A stretch of 64,000 bases of DNA from Histomonas meleagridis 2922-C6/04-290x. Lineage: Eukaryota; Protista; Parabasalia. Positions within the stretch are counted from its first letter, which is position 1. The number at the start of each line of letters is the position of its first letter. A model generated the notes under the pieces. It was not told the origin of the DNA. It worked only from the letters and a program-made list of their open reading frames with translations, and made no database searches. A program made the translations under genes and the position numbers. Positions 33,713-45,200 of this stretch are shown in pieces. The DNA lies in NCBI GenBank assembly GCA_020184695.1, contig JAANOX010000026.1:138178-202177 (forward strand). The letters are read 5' to 3'.

Positions 33713-34186
33713 TAAAAAATAAGATGATATCGTTTACTAGTAAAAAATGATACTTTTCAAAACTTTACAGATAAAAGTTCATACTTAAGATTTCATGGAA
33801 AGCTCTTTCAGAGGTTAAAAAAAATAACACATGCAATTTAAATTCACTAACATAGTAAAATGTGGAAAACATAAATAATTTTTTCTTATAAAATTAGATA
33901 GATGTTCTTAAAAAATATTTGGAGATAAGCTTTATTGCATTTGAAAACTTGTCAAGCAAGTTCAAAATTTAAAAAATGACAAAAAACATTTATGTTTTTT
34001 ATTGGGATGAATCCCCTTTTTCATCTAGCTACTACCCACAAATCTTATTTCGTTTACAGAAAAATAATTAACGATAACAAAGTTCTTAACTTTATTTTAA
34101 ATAAATTTGAATGCGTAATTGGTTGGGGCCTGTAACATTTTTCAATGAGCACGACAGCAACCGTTTAATAACCTCCAAATATCAGC

Positions 34187-35062
34187 ATGCTTTCCGGGTT
34201 GTTCCGAAAAGATCCAATAATAACAATTACTATCAATGGAAACAACGAACTTAAAGAAAAGTACGGTCATCTTCTCAAGGAAGATATCCCAATTTATGGC
34301 CAAAATGAGACAGTCACTGGAAAGCTCACTATTTCACCTCCAGGAAAATCTGTCCAACATAAAGGAATAAACCTTAGACTTTTTGGTGAATACAGAAACG
34401 AAAAAGGTGAGAGACTTTCAAGATTCTATGAGAGAAGTCAATTTTTAACACCAGAAGGAACACTTTCACAAGAAATCAACACAGATTTTAAGTTTGACCA
34501 CTTATCATATCCAACTGGCTCATATTATGGTGTTGGTGTTTCAGCTGTTTATGGAATTGAAGTAATTATTGTTCATCGAATTTCTGACTTCGTTGTTCAG
34601 AAGCCTTTTGCTGTTATGATCTTTGCTCCAAGGCCAGAACCCGTTTCAATTCACAATGAAGTTGGTATTCGAAATGTATTGCATATTGAATTTGTATTTC
34701 CACAAAACCAATACGACATCAACGATTCCATTTCTGGTGCTGCTTTCTTTATTCTTGTCAAATTAAGGATAGTTTACATGTCAATTTCTGTTTATGTCAA
34801 TGAAATTTTCGAAGATGCAAATACTTATATTAAAAAGAGAACAGTTCTCAACACATACGAAATAATGGATGGATCTCCAGTTAGAGGTGACAATATTCCA
34901 ATACGTATATTCCTCGGAAATAGCCACCTTTGGTCATTCAAAGGATACAGAGACTCACCACTCAAAGTTGAGCAATATCTTCGTGTCCAATTGATTGATG
35001 AAAATGGAAAAAGATACTTCAAAAGAATGAAGGTCACATTTGATCGGTTTGCTGATGAGTAA
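34187..35062 (+). CDS. VPS26: Retromer subunit VPS26
   Basis: EVGIRNVLHIEF, FILVKLRI, YEIMDGSPVRGDNIPIRIFL, DENGKRYFK. Confidence 0.95.
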   Translation: MLSGLFRKDPIITITINGNNELKEKYGHLLKEDIPIYGQNETVTGKLTISPPGKSVQHKGINLRLFGEYRNEKGERLSRFYERSQFLTPEGTLSQEINTDFKFDHLSYPTGSYYGVGVSAVYGIEVIIVHRISDFVVQKPFAVMIFAPRPEPVSIHNEVGIRNVLHIEFVFPQNQYDINDSISGAAFFILVKLRIVYMSISVYVNEIFEDANTYIKKRTVLNTYEIMDGSPVRGDNIPIRIFLGNSHLWSFKGYRDSPLKVEQYLRVQLIDENGKRYFKRMKVTFDRFADE

Positions 35063-36386
35063 ACATCATTTACCTTAAACCATTTCATAGGTACTATTTA
35101 CAGATGTTCTGATTAATTTTTGTTATTTGAGTTATTAAATAAGTATTTTTCCTTCAACGAAATCGTGAAGATTGTAATGCCGATAGAACTTTCAATATAA
35201 CGATGCGAGTCTTTTATATGTAAAATGAGTTTTAAAATTTTAAAACCGTCAAAAATTGAATGCGATTGCACGTATCTCGAAAAATAGATTATCTTGAAAA
35301 TAATGAATGACTTAAAAACACAAAATAACTAAAATTTAGATCATAATTTAAAATAATAATTGATTTAATGATAATTAATAAAGATATTTGAATTTAAAAA
35401 TTATTAAAACCGTTTTGTTTCAATGAAATTATTTCTGTCATCTTATTTCAATGAAAACAGATTCCTTTTTAGTGATGAAAAAATCGAAATTTTTTTTTAA
35501 AAAACATTCGGTTCGCACTGGTTCAGCTAGCCAATGCCCATTTGGGAAACTATCTAATAACAACCAGCTCACCTCATGTTTTTGATATTTTCTTCAAACT
35601 GAAATAAACATGTTCTGATAAATTTTTTGATTTTTATCTATTCCCCATCATCACTTAAGTAAAAATCTGTTTTCAAATTAAAAAAAAAATATCCAGATCA
35701 AAATGGAAATTTCGAAATCAATTTTTTCAAAATATATATTTTTTATGTCCAACCTTATTGTATATTTTATAGATGGTAGTTCTTGAAATCTTCAGGATGA
35801 TTTTTTTCATACAATTTTCTATGGATTTGGACTGCTGAATTTTTTTTATGCTTCATTCTTTTAGAGATGTTTCCCAAAAAAATAAATTGAATGATTTACA
35901 ATGCAAATTGGTAAACTTTTTGTAATTTGAATATGCACGGTTTCTTAATTCAATATTTCAATGCATATAGAAATTTGTGTTATTCACATCATTTATTAAT
36001 GTTCTTGGTCTAAAAATTCAAGAATGATATAATATTAATAATAGAAAAGACAAAAAAGAATCACCATTGATAGACGCCTCACTACTCTTTATATCGGTAT
36101 TCCTGAATTATAATATTATAAATTGATCATTTTTGAATAAATAAAAATAAAACAGATAAAGATATCAACTAGAAACCTATAAATTCAAAGATACTATGCA
36201 ATCGATATCTGATTCAACGATAGCTAAGAAAATTTAACAAGAACAATAATAAAATTAAATCAAATTCTGAAATAAAAAAAAATCAGAAGATATTTTTATT
36301 CACAAATATAAGAAATGAAAAGGCCTTTCTGAAATAATATTCTGTTTATGTCTATATTTTTATTAACATATATATTCCTTATTTTA

Positions 36387-37001
36387 TCAGCAATTACATT
36401 CATTCATATCTTTTTCTTCATATTTTTCTTCTTCCTCAAGTTTCTGTAATGTTGTGTGAGCCTCAAATATATCTGTTGGTCGTTCAGCAATTTCTTTGGC
36501 AGCATATTGAAACAATTCTTGAATACCATGCCCTGAAAGAGCGCTAATTTCCATAAAAATTGCATTTATTGCTTTTGCAAATTTCTCACCTTCATCTGTT
36601 GTTATTTTTCTTTGTTGTTCTAAATCATTTTTATTCCCAACTAAAAAAAGAGACATTTTATCAACATCCTCAAAGCTTCTGAGGCTCTCATAGTAAAAGT
36701 GTGCATCTTTGAATGATATTGTATCATTAATAGCATAAACAATTATTGCTACTTGGGCTCCTCGATAAAACATTGGCACGACTGACCTAAATTTTTCATC
36801 GCCAGCTGTGTCCCAAATTTTTAAACTTATTGTTTTATTGTCGATTTCAATTTTCATTTTTGTGAAATTCGAAACTAAAGTCGGAGAAACATTTTCTTCA
36901 TAACAACCATGTAAAGCCCTATTTATGATACTTGTTTTGCCAACGGAAGCTGAACCAATTAATATCACCTTTGAATCATTGGAATGGTCGCATTGAAACA
37001 T
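36387..37001 (-). CDS. Rab-family GTPase
   Basis: GSASVGKT, WDTAGDE, GNKND, EISA and C-terminal CNC. Confidence 0.92.
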   Translation of the reverse strand: MFQCDHSNDSKVILIGSASVGKTSIINRALHGCYEENVSPTLVSNFTKMKIEIDNKTISLKIWDTAGDEKFRSVVPMFYRGAQVAIIVYAINDTISFKDAHFYYESLRSFEDVDKMSLFLVGNKNDLEQQRKITTDEGEKFAKAINAIFMEISALSGHGIQELFQYAAKEIAERPTDIFEAHTTLQKLEEEEKYEEKDMNECNC

Positions 37002-37343
37002 TGCGCGGCAACAGTTGGCCAGTCCACTTTTTGATTGCCATATTCAATTTTTTCATAGAAAATTGTCAACAAAAAACTGTTTTCTGTATAATTCCAATGA
37101 TTTACATCACTTCACTGACCCATCGTTTTTTGCACTGTACACGAATATGAAAATTTTATCTGCAAAACATGCATCATGTTTCAACATTCATATTATATAA
37201 TATAATGTTTAATAAATTTTGTATTTATTTTTATGATAATTCAACAAAAAAACTGTAAATCTTTAAGTTTATGTAATATTTCTTTTCATAAAAGATTTTT
37301 TAAAGAACATTTCATTTCTTTATTGATATTTACATTTTTTTAT

Positions 37344-38810
37344 CTAATAATAAGCGCCAAGAACTGACAGCACGGCGTTCTCTATCAAAATCGAACCAGT
37401 TTCGACGAACACGTCACCGTTTTCCAACACTATTTTCACTTCATTATCACCATCGACGAACTCAAACTTACAAAATATTGCGTTTCCTTCTTTTCTTAAT
37501 TGCGTTGCACCTTGTTCCATTAATCTTAGTCCTATTTCATCTTCATCCGGCACATTTAATATTACGTCTGGCTTATACGAAGAAGGGATAATTCTTTCTC
37601 CTTCGAATTTCCCCGAGATCATTTTAATTCCTGCGACATCTTTAGTGTAATTACTTAGGACATTTCCATCCATCCAATAATGGATAAAATTACCTAAGTC
37701 TTGATACGCGGGATATTCTATTCTTTCTGTTAGCATGAATTCTTGCGTGGAATATATCTTCGGATTATATGGATTCGCTTTCATTTGCGTCAAAAACATT
37801 GTCATTTGTTCTCGATTACAATTAGATGAAAAGTTATCTAAACTAAATCGATCTAAAAAATAAAAACTAGGGTTTTTGATCTTTTGTAATTCAATGATTT
37901 GCCCAAATTCGCGTGTTGGATATGGCGCAAAGATAATTTTGGATTCTGATGAAACACGTGCATCAACATTTTGATATATCGAAACATTTATGTCATGATC
38001 AGTGGAATTCGGACTTTGAAATGCTTTAATGGCATCGACTAAGCGTTCATAGATAAACGAAAAGACTACAAACTCATATGTGATCGAACGCTCATAACGT
38101 AAATATAACATAAGAAGATAAAGAGAATCATCAAAAAACGATGGTATGATGACTTTCTTTCGCTCGGATAAGAACTTGCTGACTTCACTGGAAATGAGTT
38201 CAAGTGATTCTTGAACTCCGTTAGTTGGATAAGATGAGGGAAGAACACAAATGGCATCAATACGAATGTCTGTGATAACACGTGGCGCTGGGAAAAAATA
38301 TGGTGTGGGCCATAATCCCGTCATTATGTACGCACCAAAACTAACAAGTTCAGGATCAACACCTTTGGTGAGAATCCAGTTGCTGTTGCCAATGCCAGTC
38401 CCATTAGGAACAGGTATAAAAGAGATATTACCAAATTGATAATGTTGATCAAAATGAAGTGGAATATAAGAATGATTAGTTGGCAATGGATCTCTTTTGT
38501 CATCCAGGAGGATTTGGAAATCAGTAAGAAAAGCTCGACCAATTCTGTAAACTGCTTCAGTACATAAAATGATTCCATTAAAATCAGGTAATGTTAAAAG
38601 TAAATCTGCAAGATACAAAGATCTAGGGTCACTTATTAGGACAATTTCTACTTCATCAATGTTGACATCTGCTAATTCATTTAAGAGCCATGGAACTTTC
38701 ATTTTATAAGGATCTGGAACTTTTAATGATAAAACAAGAATTTTAGTTCCCATTAAAGCTATTTTTGCATATAGAGGAGAGTTGCATTCAACCACGAAGC
38801 AATTCTCCAT
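37344..38810 (-). CDS. Inactive metallo-beta-lactamase/beta-CASP protein, Integrator subunit 9-like
   Basis: 'VEIVLISD...FNGIILCTEAVYRIGR' and 'GTGIGNSNWIL' match INTS9 signatures (VDVILIS...TEPT.QIGR; GY.LGSSNW). No HxHxDH motif. Confidence 0.65.
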   Translation of the reverse strand: MENCFVVECNSPLYAKIALMGTKILVLSLKVPDPYKMKVPWLLNELADVNIDEVEIVLISDPRSLYLADLLLTLPDFNGIILCTEAVYRIGRAFLTDFQILLDDKRDPLPTNHSYIPLHFDQHYQFGNISFIPVPNGTGIGNSNWILTKGVDPELVSFGAYIMTGLWPTPYFFPAPRVITDIRIDAICVLPSSYPTNGVQESLELISSEVSKFLSERKKVIIPSFFDDSLYLLMLYLRYERSITYEFVVFSFIYERLVDAIKAFQSPNSTDHDINVSIYQNVDARVSSESKIIFAPYPTREFGQIIELQKIKNPSFYFLDRFSLDNFSSNCNREQMTMFLTQMKANPYNPKIYSTQEFMLTERIEYPAYQDLGNFIHYWMDGNVLSNYTKDVAGIKMISGKFEGERIIPSSYKPDVILNVPDEDEIGLRLMEQGATQLRKEGNAIFCKFEFVDGDNEVKIVLENGDVFVETGSILIENAVLSVLGAYY

Positions 38811-39109
38811 TCCGTATCCTTTTTCTATCGTTATATTTTCAAATGTTTATTTATCACAAAGTCCAATAATGATTGAATTCTTTATTTTTCATTAAATAAA
38901 ATTATCTTCTTTTCTATAAATTGTTTTTCTAATATTCTAGTTTTTAAATTAACAAGAACTATGTTTATAAAATAATATAGTAAAATTATTTAATATTTTG
39001 TTGTAATTATTGGAAAATTCTTCGTTTTGAATTATTAATAATTCAGTTCCCCTCAAATCCAACCTTCCAGATTCAATGTTTCTGTTGGAAGAATCTACAA
39101 AATCCACAG

Positions 39110-39847
39110 ATGTATGGATTATTTGAAGATGAAATGAATTCATACGACTTTAATGAAGCACGAGGTATCAATGAGCTTTTTCCAAAAGGACAAGAACGAG
39201 AAAGACATAATTCTTTTAATCATTCATTTACACCTAAAGAAGTATTACCAATAAAACAAAGCCCACATAAAGAACCATCATGCAGAAAAATGAAATGGAG
39301 TGCAAATGAAGACATAATGTTAAAGAAAGCTGTTGAAATTCATGGTACAAAAAATTGGACAGCAGTTGCTTCACTTGTTTTAGGAAGGAACCCTAAACAA
39401 TGTCGTGAACGGTGGACAACACAGATTGACCCAACGCTTCGAAAAAGCAATTGGACAGTACAAGAAGACAATCAATTACTTCTTCTTCAAAGAAGATTTG
39501 GAAATTATTGGACGAAGATATCAAAATTTCTTCCAGGCCGTTCATCCATATCGTGTAAAAATAGATACAATTGGCTTTCCAGTCATAAAGTCACAATTCC
39601 AAATTCACGACATGATTACATTCGATCACAACCAAACAGAAATTTTTTACCAATGCCATTGTTACCTCATAGTGAATCCTCATTTAATGGTTCAATGGAC
39701 ACAAGTAATTTGTCGAGTAATAGTGACTTTTCATTCGAATCTGGAAATAGCGATTTTTCGTTCGAATCGGAAAATGATGATTTGTGGGATATTACTTCGG
39801 ATGAGCCTTTAATAGATGACGATGATAGATTATATTCCTGGACATAA
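39110..39847 (+). CDS. R2R3 Myb transcription factor
   Basis: KWSANED...WTAVA...RNPKQCRERW; WTVQED...FGNYWTKI...CKNRY. Confidence 0.93.
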   Translation: MYGLFEDEMNSYDFNEARGINELFPKGQERERHNSFNHSFTPKEVLPIKQSPHKEPSCRKMKWSANEDIMLKKAVEIHGTKNWTAVASLVLGRNPKQCRERWTTQIDPTLRKSNWTVQEDNQLLLLQRRFGNYWTKISKFLPGRSSISCKNRYNWLSSHKVTIPNSRHDYIRSQPNRNFLPMPLLPHSESSFNGSMDTSNLSSNSDFSFESGNSDFSFESENDDLWDITSDEPLIDDDDRLYSWT

Positions 39848-39881
39848 ATAATAGTAAAACTTTTTTAAAAAATTAGTATTA

Positions 39882-40388
39882 TTAAAATCTGCGATTTCCA
39901 CGTCCGCCACGATTGCCGCCGCGATTACCACCGCGTCCTCCACCACGGTTGCCTCCGCGATTCCCGCCACCTTTTTTGCCTCCACGGCCTCCTCCTCGTC
40001 GTGCATTTTGATCACTAAGGAAAAATGATTCTGGTCGAAGGCGATCAGCTGGTGCATAAATTTTGGAGCCTTCCTTAAGGGTATTTACAAATGAAGGATT
40101 AATTGGTTCCATGACAAATTGAACTTTATCAAGTGGTCCAAAAACATCTTTGATTTCACCAACTTTGTTTTTCTTAGCATCATATAAAAAAGTTTTTGTG
40201 AATGGAACTGCACGGTCTTTTGTTGAAAGTTGGAAAATTGCATTTCCTTCACAAAGACCTACAAAGGTTCCACATTCTGCTGTTTGTACATTACTTTCGT
40301 CGCGGTTTCCTCCACGGTTTCCTGAGTTATTCCGATTTCCTCCTCGATTTGATTGATTTGAACCACCACGGTTCCCTCTACCCCTCAT
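39882..40388 (-). CDS. GAR1: H/ACA snoRNP subunit Gar1
   Basis: RGG-rich ends flanking a VPF...KVGEIKDVFGP core. Confidence 0.92.
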   Translation of the reverse strand: MRGRGNRGGSNQSNRGGNRNNSGNRGGNRDESNVQTAECGTFVGLCEGNAIFQLSTKDRAVPFTKTFLYDAKKNKVGEIKDVFGPLDKVQFVMEPINPSFVNTLKEGSKIYAPADRLRPESFFLSDQNARRGGGRGGKKGGGNRGGNRGGGRGGNRGGNRGGRGNRRF

Positions 40389-40814
40389 TTTAAAACCCAG
40401 ACAAACCTTCTCAAATTACCAATCGACCACTTCACAATAAACGGGTGCCATCTGAGAACGTTTATTGATAAACGAATCTTTATTCTTCAATTTCAGATAA
40501 TGTAATCATATTTCCAATAATATAAAATTATTTTTTTATTGAAATCATAGCTAAAACAGCATTATTAAATTTTGACAATCAAATTTATTTATGATTTCAA
40601 ATTTCAATCTTGACTTTATAAAATTAATTCTAATTTATAGAAAGACAACATTTTAAATCGATTGATATAGTAGTGTCTCTGTTAAAATATTAGTAAAATA
40701 ATATATTTTAAGGAAAAAGATAAATTTATTTTTAGTTCTAATTCGTTCAAAACGCCACTTTTAATAGAATATTGGTCTATGAAATTTTGAAAGTGTGTGG
40801 CTGGTTATGCAAAA

Positions 40815-41861
40815 ATGAAAGTAAGTCCACAACACAAAAACGCCATTTATGATATTAGTGGAAATGTCATTTACCCTTACTTATCGCCAGGTATTAACTT
40901 ATACTCCAATAATGAATATTATCAAGTCCAGAGCTTTTTAGGAGCAGGTGCATTTGGGCAAGTGTATTCAGTCAAACAAAGAAGCACAGGTAAAGAATAT
41001 GCTCTCAAGATTGGCCGCAATACTCCAGGACAGTCTGATCAGTTACACAACGAAATCAACATATACTTTACTCTGAATCAATTTTTAAATAACGATGAGC
41101 TTGAATCTTTTTGTCACATCATTGACAGCTTTCAAGACTCAAATTACATTGTGATGATATTAGAAAAAATTGATTGCAGCCTTCTTGACTTTCTAGATAA
41201 ACGTGGTTTTGTTGGTTTAACTTTAAACTATGTCCAACTTATTCTCCGTGGGCTTCTCCGTGCTGTTCGTCTTCTCCATAATCTCGAATTAATCCATACA
41301 GATATTAAACCAGAGAATATCATGTTTCAAAAAGTCGATAACAGATCTCTTGTCAAGCTCATTGATTTTGGTGCTGTATGCAGGTCAGATTCTAACATTC
41401 CTATTTACACCCAAACACTTTTTTACAGGGCACCAGAAGTATTCCTACATCTTCCCAAAAACTACAAGATGGACATTTGGTCCATTGGTTGTGTACTTGC
41501 AGAGTGTTATCTTGGTCTACCTATTTTTGCTGGTGGTTCTTCCCTTGAAGTAATGCGACTCATTGAAGAACGCATTGGATTATTTCCGCAAGAAATGATT
41601 CGTATGTCTCCTCGCCGCGCCGAGTACTTCAATGGCAACAGAGTCAAACAGCCTGGCGAAGGGGAGAAAAGGGATAAACAATTTGATTATAAATTTCGAA
41701 CGTTGAGGGAGAACGTTTATTTTCAAAAGTATCCAAATGAATGCCAAGAAGAGAAAGATGAATTCTTCGATCTTCTTAGGGGAATGTTGGCCATTGACCC
41801 TGAAGAAAGATTTACCATTGAGCAAATTGAGAATCATCCTTTCACAATTCGGCAGATGTGA
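40815..41861 (+). CDS. CMGC protein kinase (DYRK/YAK-like)
   Basis: LGAGAFGQV, ALK, HTDIKPEN, DFG, YTQTLFYRAPE, DIWSIGC. Confidence 0.92.
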   Translation: MKVSPQHKNAIYDISGNVIYPYLSPGINLYSNNEYYQVQSFLGAGAFGQVYSVKQRSTGKEYALKIGRNTPGQSDQLHNEINIYFTLNQFLNNDELESFCHIIDSFQDSNYIVMILEKIDCSLLDFLDKRGFVGLTLNYVQLILRGLLRAVRLLHNLELIHTDIKPENIMFQKVDNRSLVKLIDFGAVCRSDSNIPIYTQTLFYRAPEVFLHLPKNYKMDIWSIGCVLAECYLGLPIFAGGSSLEVMRLIEERIGLFPQEMIRMSPRRAEYFNGNRVKQPGEGEKRDKQFDYKFRTLRENVYFQKYPNECQEEKDEFFDLLRGMLAIDPEERFTIEQIENHPFTIRQM

Positions 41862-42262
41862 TCTTTTGTTTGTGTTTTTGTTTGTATAAAATAAAAATAT
41901 AAAATGTGTTTTTAATATAACTATTCGCTGTGCTCGTTGTGTCTTTTGTTCTTTGGCTCAACTTTTGTCAACTCATGAAAAATCTGGTTGTCGCTTGAGT
42001 AATGAATTACATTGCTTCGTTTCCAGATTTATTTTTCATAATGTTTTCAATAATTTTGTAATCTTCTAATTGCTTACATTATTCATTGAATTACTTAGAT
42101 CTTTAAATATATTCTTGTGTGCAAAAATATTTGAGCTTTAACGTGAATGCGAAATGTAACTTAAAATATGAAATATTTTTGTGAAATTAGTAATGATATT
42201 CTTTCTCTCATATGAATATAATGTGTGATAAAAAACAATGAACACATGATGTATTATTTATT

Positions 42263-45200
42263 TTATAAAGTATGTCTGCCGCTTTTGGGCAACATTGCGA
42301 AATGCATATTAAATCTATCTCTTGATCCGGACATAATTCTATAATTCACGTTATTACAAAACAGATTATTTTCGTTTATATCTTCTTCCTCTATTGAAAT
42401 TTCCTTATTTTCTTCATCTTCTTCGTCGATTATCATAATTTCCTTATTTTCTTTATCCTCTTCTTCCGATTCTATTAAATTCATTACTTTTTCATTATTA
42501 TTTTCTTCTTCGTTTTCATTTTCATTATCATTTTTATTCACATCGATAATTTCATCTTTACATTTCTTACATATCAAAGGTCTCTTTAAAGAAACGCAAT
42601 TTTTACACACGTATAAACCACAAACGCAACATCCGAACATATTATTCTTCACAATATCACAACCACAAATATAACACTTATTAAAAACAGATTTGTCGAT
42701 AAACTTTTGATGTATTGGATATATCATAGCTAACTTCGCGTTACCACTTGATCCTATAGCTATCAATGCTTTATTATTCGCGAAAATAGTTAACGATGTA
42801 ATTGGACTATCAATTCCATCGATTATATTATTCATTTGTTTTAATGAATAATTTGTTATATCTAATTTCCATAATGTTACAGTACCATTTTCATGACCAG
42901 TAACATAAAAAGGAGTTTTATTCCATTTTATTGAGTCACAAGTATTTAATGAACAAATATTTGAAGTCGAACGTTCACTTGTAGCTATTAATCTTAAATC
43001 TAATCCATATATAAATATTTGATTTAATGTACAAGTAATTAAGAAATTTGTCGAATCATCAAATGATGCAAATATTATTTGTTCATTTGTTTCTAATTGA
43101 TACATAGGTAATTTTGTAGAATAATCAAATAATATTATTAAATTCTTTGATATTATACATATTATTGCATGAAATGTTGAAATACATAAAAAATTTATAT
43201 CGAAATAAAACGTATTAATATTTGTAATCAAACGAATTTCAGAATTAATACAAGAAAATAATGAAACTATTCCAAACTTAGAAGCTATAGCAAGTATAGT
43301 ATTATCTTTAGATATACAAGAACAAGTTATAGCATCTAATGAAGATATAATTTTATTATGATATTCAATATAATTATCCCAAATTTTAATATTATACCCA
43401 TTAATATAATGTTCAAATTCAGGTAATACTATTGGTAAATATTTATCAAATATTATTGTTCTAGAATTAGATATAAAATGATTAATATTAATTTGTAATG
43501 TTTTTGTGTTTTCTAAATTTAATTCATTTATTTCATTTAACTTAAATTTAGGATGTGGATTTATAAATAATTGAATCGGACATTGACCAAATTGATTTAC
43601 TGCGTCAACTATAGCCTTATTTTCAATGATATTTTCTTTATCATTTGATGATATATCATAAGTTAAAGGTTGATATACATTAATTGCTTCAATTGCTGCT
43701 TGACCACGTTGTTTATAACCGAATATTAAATCAATCCAATCATTAATATGTTGAGCAGTATCTAAAGATTCCATCGTTTCTCTCATTTTCCAGATAAATA
43801 TTATCGGATCTTTACCCCATTCAGGTAATATAACTGTATTTAAGTTAATTCCATCTGTTCTTTCACCTAAATCTAAGTTATTAATATTCTCAAACATTTG
43901 TGGTAAGACATAAAATTCTGGAATTAATTCTTTTACATCGGATTGATTTGATTCACTTGCGCTTTTCCATGTTTCACTAATACTTGAAAATTCACGATCT
44001 TTATGATCAAAACCATTATGTAAATGTAAATTAAATAATGTGAATGGTTCAACACGTAATAAATAATGAAAAACACTTGCTGGACTTGAATAATGTGTAC
44101 CATAATGATAATGTGGTAAAGTTTCTTTATAAGCAATGATAAATCGTTCTTCTCGAACTTTAGTTTGTGCTCCCATAGGTTTAGATAAGTCTCTTAATAT
44201 TAAAGGTTTAGAACCTAAAAACCCTCCTAATATCCATGGCATTATTGGATATTGTGAATAATCATTAAATGATCGACCTCCTTTAATGTTTAAATACATT
44301 AAATAATCAAATGTAGTTATTTTATAATTTATCCATAACTTTGTGATTAAATCAATTGATTCATTTAATATATTCATCTTTGATATTGAACTTTGTTGAT
44401 AATAATTAATTAATGGTAATGATTTACTTTTAGATAATAATATTTTTCGATCATTTTCTTTCATAACAAATGTATAATGTAATCCATTAATTAAAAAGAT
44501 ATCAATTTCTGTGTTTTCATATACAAAACGTCGTGGTAATGCATAAAGAATATCAACAAATTTTATTATAATTATTGGATGATGTGCAAATAATTTCGGT
44601 TCTCCATAATGTCCATGTGGTACACCTTCAAATACTGCATAATGACAAAACATATCAGAAGTATCATTTAATATTAAATTATTTATATTATTTAATTCAG
44701 CATTTAATAATATATTAAATGAATCTTTAGTAAATGTACCAATACATGATAATACTTCTGGTGTAGATATCATTCCACAATTAAATAATCCAGATTTAAC
44801 ACCAAAATAAGTTTTTAATGTTTGTAATAATGATACATTTAAAAATGTTGGAAGTTTTAACTTAGAATAACAAAATGGTGCAGGATGTGATTCATTTAAT
44901 TTATTATATTTAGTTGGATAATTCATAGAATGATATGATTGTGGTATAACAAAATTTCGACCTTTCTTCTCTATTAAAATTGATTTCTCATAACATAATG
45001 GTATCATTTTTTGTGGTACACATAAAGGATTAGGTGAAGGTATAATCATATGATCAACTTCATTAATATTAACATTATTTAAACTTAATAAATATTGTTT
45101 ATAATATAATGAAGCTACAACATTTTCAATTTCTAAATTAGTAATATTAAATCGATATGAAAATTGATATAAAATTGCTTTCTTAATAATAAATATATCA

